Shown piece by piece: positions 59,806 through 64,000 of a stretch of 64,000 bases of DNA. The notes under the pieces are model-generated. The model was not told where the DNA came from and made no database searches. It was given only the letters and a program-made list of their open reading frames with translations. The DNA lies in assembly GCA_963665095.1 (NCBI GenBank), contig OY762069.1, positions 5,696,001-5,760,000 on the forward strand, read 5' to 3'. This stretch comes from an uncultured Desulfobacter sp. Its GTDB lineage: Bacteria > Desulfobacterota > Desulfobacteria > Desulfobacterales > Desulfobacteraceae. Positions within the stretch are counted from its first letter, which is position 1; every line of letters begins with the position of its first letter. Position numbers and translations under genes: made by a program.

Positions 59806-60105
59806 TTTATATGTCCTTCATTTTGTGTTGATTACACCTATTGTGTTAAATTTTAAAAATATTAACAGCAAGTTGCGTACCATTGTATTGTAAATCAAAT
59901 TAAAAATTTTAAAACCCCTTTGGAACGGACTGTTTGAAAAACTATGTCCTTTTTTTATATCCCTTCTATTTTAAATTATCGGAAAAATTAGGAAAAAATT
60001 GACATTTTTGTGTCGTTTTTATTTGCGTTTTTAACGCAGCAGTTGACACAGGTTTACCTTTCCGGCTAAAGAAAGAATACAATACCACAAAATCAGGAGG
60101 GTCAT

Positions 60106-61605
60106 TTGGTTGAATCCGGTTTAAAATTTCCGGTTTTCAAAACCCTGCCGGTGAGAATTATCATTCCAGCAGCCCTGACTATTGCATTATTTGTGACAGC
60201 TATTTTCTGGTTTATTCTCCCCATGCTTGAAACCTACCTTATGGATGCCAAAAGGGAGGGGATACTTAATCTGACGGACAGTGCCTGGTCCATTCTGGCG
60301 TTGTACCATGAGCAGGAGCAAAGTGGGCAGCTTACAAAAGAAGCAGCCCAGGCAAGGGCCATTGAGCTGTTGTCCCATCTTCGCTATGGACCGCAGGGGT
60401 CTGATTATTTCTGGATTAATGATTACCGGCCGGTAATGATCATGCATCCCTACCGCAGGGATCTTGTGGGGAAATATGTGGGGTCATTTCAAGACCCGTC
60501 CGGCAAATACTTGTTTGTCCACATGGTTGATACCGTGGAAAAATCAGGGGCCGGATTTGTGGAATACCTGTGGCAGTGGAAGGATGATCCGTTGCACATT
60601 GCACCTAAACTTTCCTATGTCCGCGGATTTACCCCCTGGGGGTGGATCATCGGAACCGGCATTTACGTACAGGATGTTAAAGCACAAATCCATAAAGTGA
60701 CCCATACCCTGTTTCTTGCCTGTATGGGAATCAGCGCGGCAGTGGTGGTGCTTTGTATCTATATTATCTGGGCCGGTTATGTGGAGCAGCGGGCACGAAT
60801 TTCAGCCATTGAACAATCCAGACGTCGGGAGAAACAGCTTATCCAGGCAGACAAAATGAGCTCATTGGGGGTTATGGTGGCGGGGGTGGCCCATGAAATT
60901 AATAATCCGGCATCCACGCTGATACTCAATGCCACCAATTTGAAAAACATATTCCGGTCCTATGCCCCGGTGCTGGAAAGATATTTTGCGGCTAACCCCG
61001 GCGCCAGGGTCAGCAATATGGCCTATCCGGAGGCGCGGCGCCGTACGGAACTGATGCTGGAGGCCATGGCCGAAAGTGCAGAGCAGGTAAAAAAGATCAT
61101 TGCTGATCTCAAAGATTTTTCACGCCCCCCGGGCTCTGAAGCCACACAGCAGATAGATATGAATCAGGTGGTCAATAAATCAGTGGAACTGGTGAAATCA
61201 ATATTAAAGGATCGCACTGCCCGTCTGGTTATCCGGTATGGCGAGCATCTGCCACGAATACAGGGGGATTTTCAGAAACTCCAGCAGGTGCTGGTAAATC
61301 TGCTGGTGAACGCAGGCCAGGCCCTGGAAAATGATAATGAGACCATTTATGTCTCTACGTTTGCTGACCGGGAAAACGGCGTTGTGGGGGTTGAGGTGAA
61401 AGATACCGGTCCCGGTGTGCCGCAGGACCTGCTTGGCAAACTCACTGACCCGTTTTTTACCACTCGCAGAGACGAAGGCGGAACAGGGCTGGGGCTTTCC
61501 ATTTCCCAGAAAATCGTTAACGAGCACAATGGCAGTCTGATTTTTTCGTCAGAGCCTGGTAAAGGATTTACGGCAAAGGTGTTGATTCCCAGCCGGGATG
61601 TTTAA
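60106..61605 (+). CDS. Cache-domain membrane sensor histidine kinase
   Basis: LRY...YFWIND...MHP (single Cache), AHEINNP, NLL.NA, D.GPG, PFFTT, GTGLGL; TTG start with AGGAGG RBS. Confidence 0.92.
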   Translation: MVESGLKFPVFKTLPVRIIIPAALTIALFVTAIFWFILPMLETYLMDAKREGILNLTDSAWSILALYHEQEQSGQLTKEAAQARAIELLSHLRYGPQGSDYFWINDYRPVMIMHPYRRDLVGKYVGSFQDPSGKYLFVHMVDTVEKSGAGFVEYLWQWKDDPLHIAPKLSYVRGFTPWGWIIGTGIYVQDVKAQIHKVTHTLFLACMGISAAVVVLCIYIIWAGYVEQRARISAIEQSRRREKQLIQADKMSSLGVMVAGVAHEINNPASTLILNATNLKNIFRSYAPVLERYFAANPGARVSNMAYPEARRRTELMLEAMAESAEQVKKIIADLKDFSRPPGSEATQQIDMNQVVNKSVELVKSILKDRTARLVIRYGEHLPRIQGDFQKLQQVLVNLLVNAGQALENDNETIYVSTFADRENGVVGVEVKDTGPGVPQDLLGKLTDPFFTTRRDEGGTGLGLSISQKIVNEHNGSLIFSSEPGKGFTAKVLIPSRDV

Positions 61606-61634
61606 TATTGTGATGAATTGACATAAAGAGAGGC

Positions 61635-63023
61635 TTGAAAGAGATCATGGACTCCCCGAATCCTGAAAACCCCATATTTATTGTCGATGATGATCCCAAT
61701 ATCCTTGTTTCAATTGAAACAATGCTGTGCATGGCAGGGTTTGATAATGTTACCGCCATCAGCGATTCAAGGGATGTGATCCGCCACATGGAGCGCCGTA
61801 TTCCCGGTCTGGTTCTGCTGGATCTGAATATGCCCCATATCAAAGGGAACCGGATATTAAAAATTATCAGAAAAACATGGCCGAGAATTCCTGTCATTAT
61901 CCTTACCGGAAATATTGAAGTGGATACAGTGGTCAAATGCATGAAGATCGGCGCCATGGATTACATCCAGAAACCAGTGGATCCGGACCAGTTGGTTAAG
62001 GCTGTGAAGCAGGCCTTTGGCAGCGAAACAGAAGGGGGAATAAAGAAACCCGGACACCAGGAGCTGTTTGCCCAGGTGAAAAATCCAGCTGCATTCCGGC
62101 ATATCGTCACCCAGGACAGGCAGATGCATGCCATTTTTCACTATGTGGAGGCCGTCGCCCCCTCCTCCCAGCCCGTATTGATTTTTGGGGAGACCGGGGT
62201 GGGTAAAGAGTTGATCGGTCAGTGCATCCACAGTCTGAGCGGCCGTAAGGGAGAACTGGTAAAAGTCAATGTGGCCGGCCTGGACGATAATGTGTTTTCA
62301 GACACCTTGTTCGGCCATGTGCCGGGCGCCTTTACCGGTGCGGACAGGGCCCGGCCCGGCCTGATCCTGAAGGCGTCCGGCGGCACGCTGATGCTCGATG
62401 AGATCGGGGATCTTGCGCTCACCTCCCAGGTCAAACTGCTAAGGCTGCTTCAGGAAGGGGATTACCTGGCCCTGGGGTCTGATATCACCCGGCACTCGGA
62501 TGCCCGGATCATTGCCTCCACCAACCAGGATCTGTGGGCGCTTGAAAAAGAGGGTAAATTCAGGAAAGATCTGATATACCGGCTCTCCACCCACACCCTG
62601 ACCATACCGCCCCTGCGTGAGCGCCTGGTGGATCTTCCTCTGTTACTGGACCGGTTTGTATGCCAGGCTGCGGATGAACTGGATAAGCCGGTGCCGGATA
62701 TCCCTAAAAGCCTCATTGAAACCATGGAAACATATCCGTTCAAAGGAAATATCAGAGAATTAAAATCCATGGCTTACGATGCCCTTTCCAGATATAACGG
62801 CAATGACATTTCCCCGGAGTTATTCAACCTTCCGGGCCATTCCGGCCAGCGACCGCTCTCAGCCGGCGAAAAGTCTCTTCCCACCTTAAAGGAGGCATCC
62901 AATGCCCTGGTGGAAAAAGCCATGGCACAGTGCGATGGAAACCAGTCTGCTGCAGCCAGAATTCTGGGCATTTCACAGCAGGCCCTGAGCAAGCGTCTTC
63001 AAAAACTTCGTAAAGATACCTGA
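61635..63023 (+). CDS. sigma54-dependent response regulator (NtrC family)
   Basis: Receiver, GETGVGKE, GAFTGA, LDEIG, GNIREL, C-terminal HTH. Confidence 0.94.
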   Translation: MKEIMDSPNPENPIFIVDDDPNILVSIETMLCMAGFDNVTAISDSRDVIRHMERRIPGLVLLDLNMPHIKGNRILKIIRKTWPRIPVIILTGNIEVDTVVKCMKIGAMDYIQKPVDPDQLVKAVKQAFGSETEGGIKKPGHQELFAQVKNPAAFRHIVTQDRQMHAIFHYVEAVAPSSQPVLIFGETGVGKELIGQCIHSLSGRKGELVKVNVAGLDDNVFSDTLFGHVPGAFTGADRARPGLILKASGGTLMLDEIGDLALTSQVKLLRLLQEGDYLALGSDITRHSDARIIASTNQDLWALEKEGKFRKDLIYRLSTHTLTIPPLRERLVDLPLLLDRFVCQAADELDKPVPDIPKSLIETMETYPFKGNIRELKSMAYDALSRYNGNDISPELFNLPGHSGQRPLSAGEKSLPTLKEASNALVEKAMAQCDGNQSAAARILGISQQALSKRLQKLRKDT

Positions 63024-63028
63024 TTGCC

Positions 63029-63132
63029 TACAATTTTTTTGTATTTACAACCTTAGTTGTAGTTTGTCTAAGAGACGTTTCAGGACGCCCTGCCGGATGT
63101 TTCGTTTTAACGGCTTACAACTTCTGTTGTAA
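63029..63132. promoter_or_regulatory. Candidate upstream activator sequences
   Basis: TACAAC-N4-GTTGTA at 63046-63061 and 63116-63131, plus a degenerate TACAA-N5-TTGTA at 63029-63043. Confidence 0.7.
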
Positions 63133-63207
63133 ACACTGGTTGCCAAGTGCTTGATCGAATTTTAAGTATTCCATTTGTTATCAGGTGGTTATGATAATAT
63201 CTGTTTT

Positions 63208-63223
63208 GGGCACAGGATTTGCT
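63208..63223 (+). promoter_or_regulatory. sigma54 -24/-12 promoter
   Basis: GGGCAC-AGGAT-TTGCT with GG-N10-GC spacing. Confidence 0.75.
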
Positions 63224-63347
63224 CTATTTCTTATCGTATTTTTATTTAAACAATCAGCAGTAAAGCTTATCTCCACTTGCTACCTGAGGTGTGAGGACCA
63301 GCGACGGTCCGTGACTGTTACAAAAAGCAGACCCTAAGGAGGCCCTT

Positions 63348-64000
63348 ATGAGCGAATACATCTTCCATGCACCAGATATATATCGTAAAAATGCCTGGAT
63401 CAAATCAATGGATGAGTATAAGACCATATACCGGCGTTCTGTGGAAGATCCTGACGGCTTCTGGGGCGACATTGCAGAACAGTTTTACTGGGAAAAGAGA
63501 TGGGACAAAGTCAGGGAGTTTAATTACAGCATCTCCAAGGGACCGGTTTACCTTGAATGGTTTACAAATGCCAGAACCAATATGGCATATAACTGCCTTG
63601 ACCGCCATCTGGATTCCCGGAGTGATCAGCCGGCCCTGATCTGGGAGGGAAACCGGCCTGATGAAGATCTGGTGATTACCTACCGGCACCTTTATGACAA
63701 AGTCTGCCGGTTTGCCAATGCCCTTAAAGATCGTGGCGTGGGCAAGGGGGACCGGGTGGCTGTTTATACATCCATGATCCCGGAGCTGGCTGTAACTATG
63801 CTTGCCTGCGCGCGAATCGGGGCTATCCATGTGGTTATATCGGGCGGATTTTCCGCCCGGGACCTGGCCATCAGGATGATAGACGCTGCCTGTAAAGCCC
63901 TGGTCACTTCAGACGGGGCCATGTGCGGGGCCAAAAACATCCCACTTAAGGAGAATGCCAATGACGCCCTTGATATTTGCCGGCGCCGGGGGCATCCCAT
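63348..64000 (+). CDS. acs: Acetyl-CoA synthetase (partial; runs off the window)
   Basis: AGGAGG RBS; Y..SVEDPDGFW, N..YNCLDRH, ALIWEG, KGDRVA.Y, MLACARIGAIH, GGFS. Confidence 0.9.
   Translation, partial: MSEYIFHAPDIYRKNAWIKSMDEYKTIYRRSVEDPDGFWGDIAEQFYWEKRWDKVREFNYSISKGPVYLEWFTNARTNMAYNCLDRHLDSRSDQPALIWEGNRPDEDLVITYRHLYDKVCRFANALKDRGVGKGDRVAVYTSMIPELAVTMLACARIGAIHVVISGGFSARDLAIRMIDAACKALVTSDGAMCGAKNIPLKENANDALDICRRRGHP

Noticed and set aside
1..64000. CRISPR array, tRNA, rRNA, prophage
   Set aside because: No repeat-spacer periodicity, cloverleaf or rRNA signatures, or phage genes were recognised by eye

Overview
Window from an anaerobic deltaproteobacterium; gene content and style suggest Desulfobacteraceae (inference). 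Left to right: (1) pseudo-receiver, two ferredoxin-insert MinD-type ATPases, two NifX/NifB-like proteins, FmdB zinc ribbon, RNA methylase, Lrp regulator; (2) a decayed chemoreceptor; (3) a ~12 kb ferrosome-like (fez) cluster at 7.5-19.2 kb with three P1B-type ATPases carrying three different metal motifs, small Gly-rich membrane proteins, YceI and a multi-FeoA protein; (4) DksA/TraR, HtpX, a beta-propeller/Tyr-repeat exoprotein, a nitronate monooxygenase/FabK-like enzyme; (5) a CDF transporter fused to an HflK/SPFH domain plus hflC- and hflK-like genes, divergent from an ABC + 2 methyltransferase + TonB-receptor uptake operon; (6) an IS1634-like remnant and a Bcr/CflA MFS; (7) a PocR-sensor kinase/NarL-type regulator pair divergent from an ~18 kb non-canonical B12-dependent diol-dehydratase microcompartment operon, preceded by a ~500 nt structured leader, lacking PduL/PduQ and encoding a phosphotransacylase-butyrate kinase fusion; (8) crcB, a Cache kinase/sigma54 activator pair and the start of a sigma54-driven acs. 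Three copies of a ~125 bp inverted-repeat element are scattered through the window. All calls come from motif recognition by eye; no searches were run.
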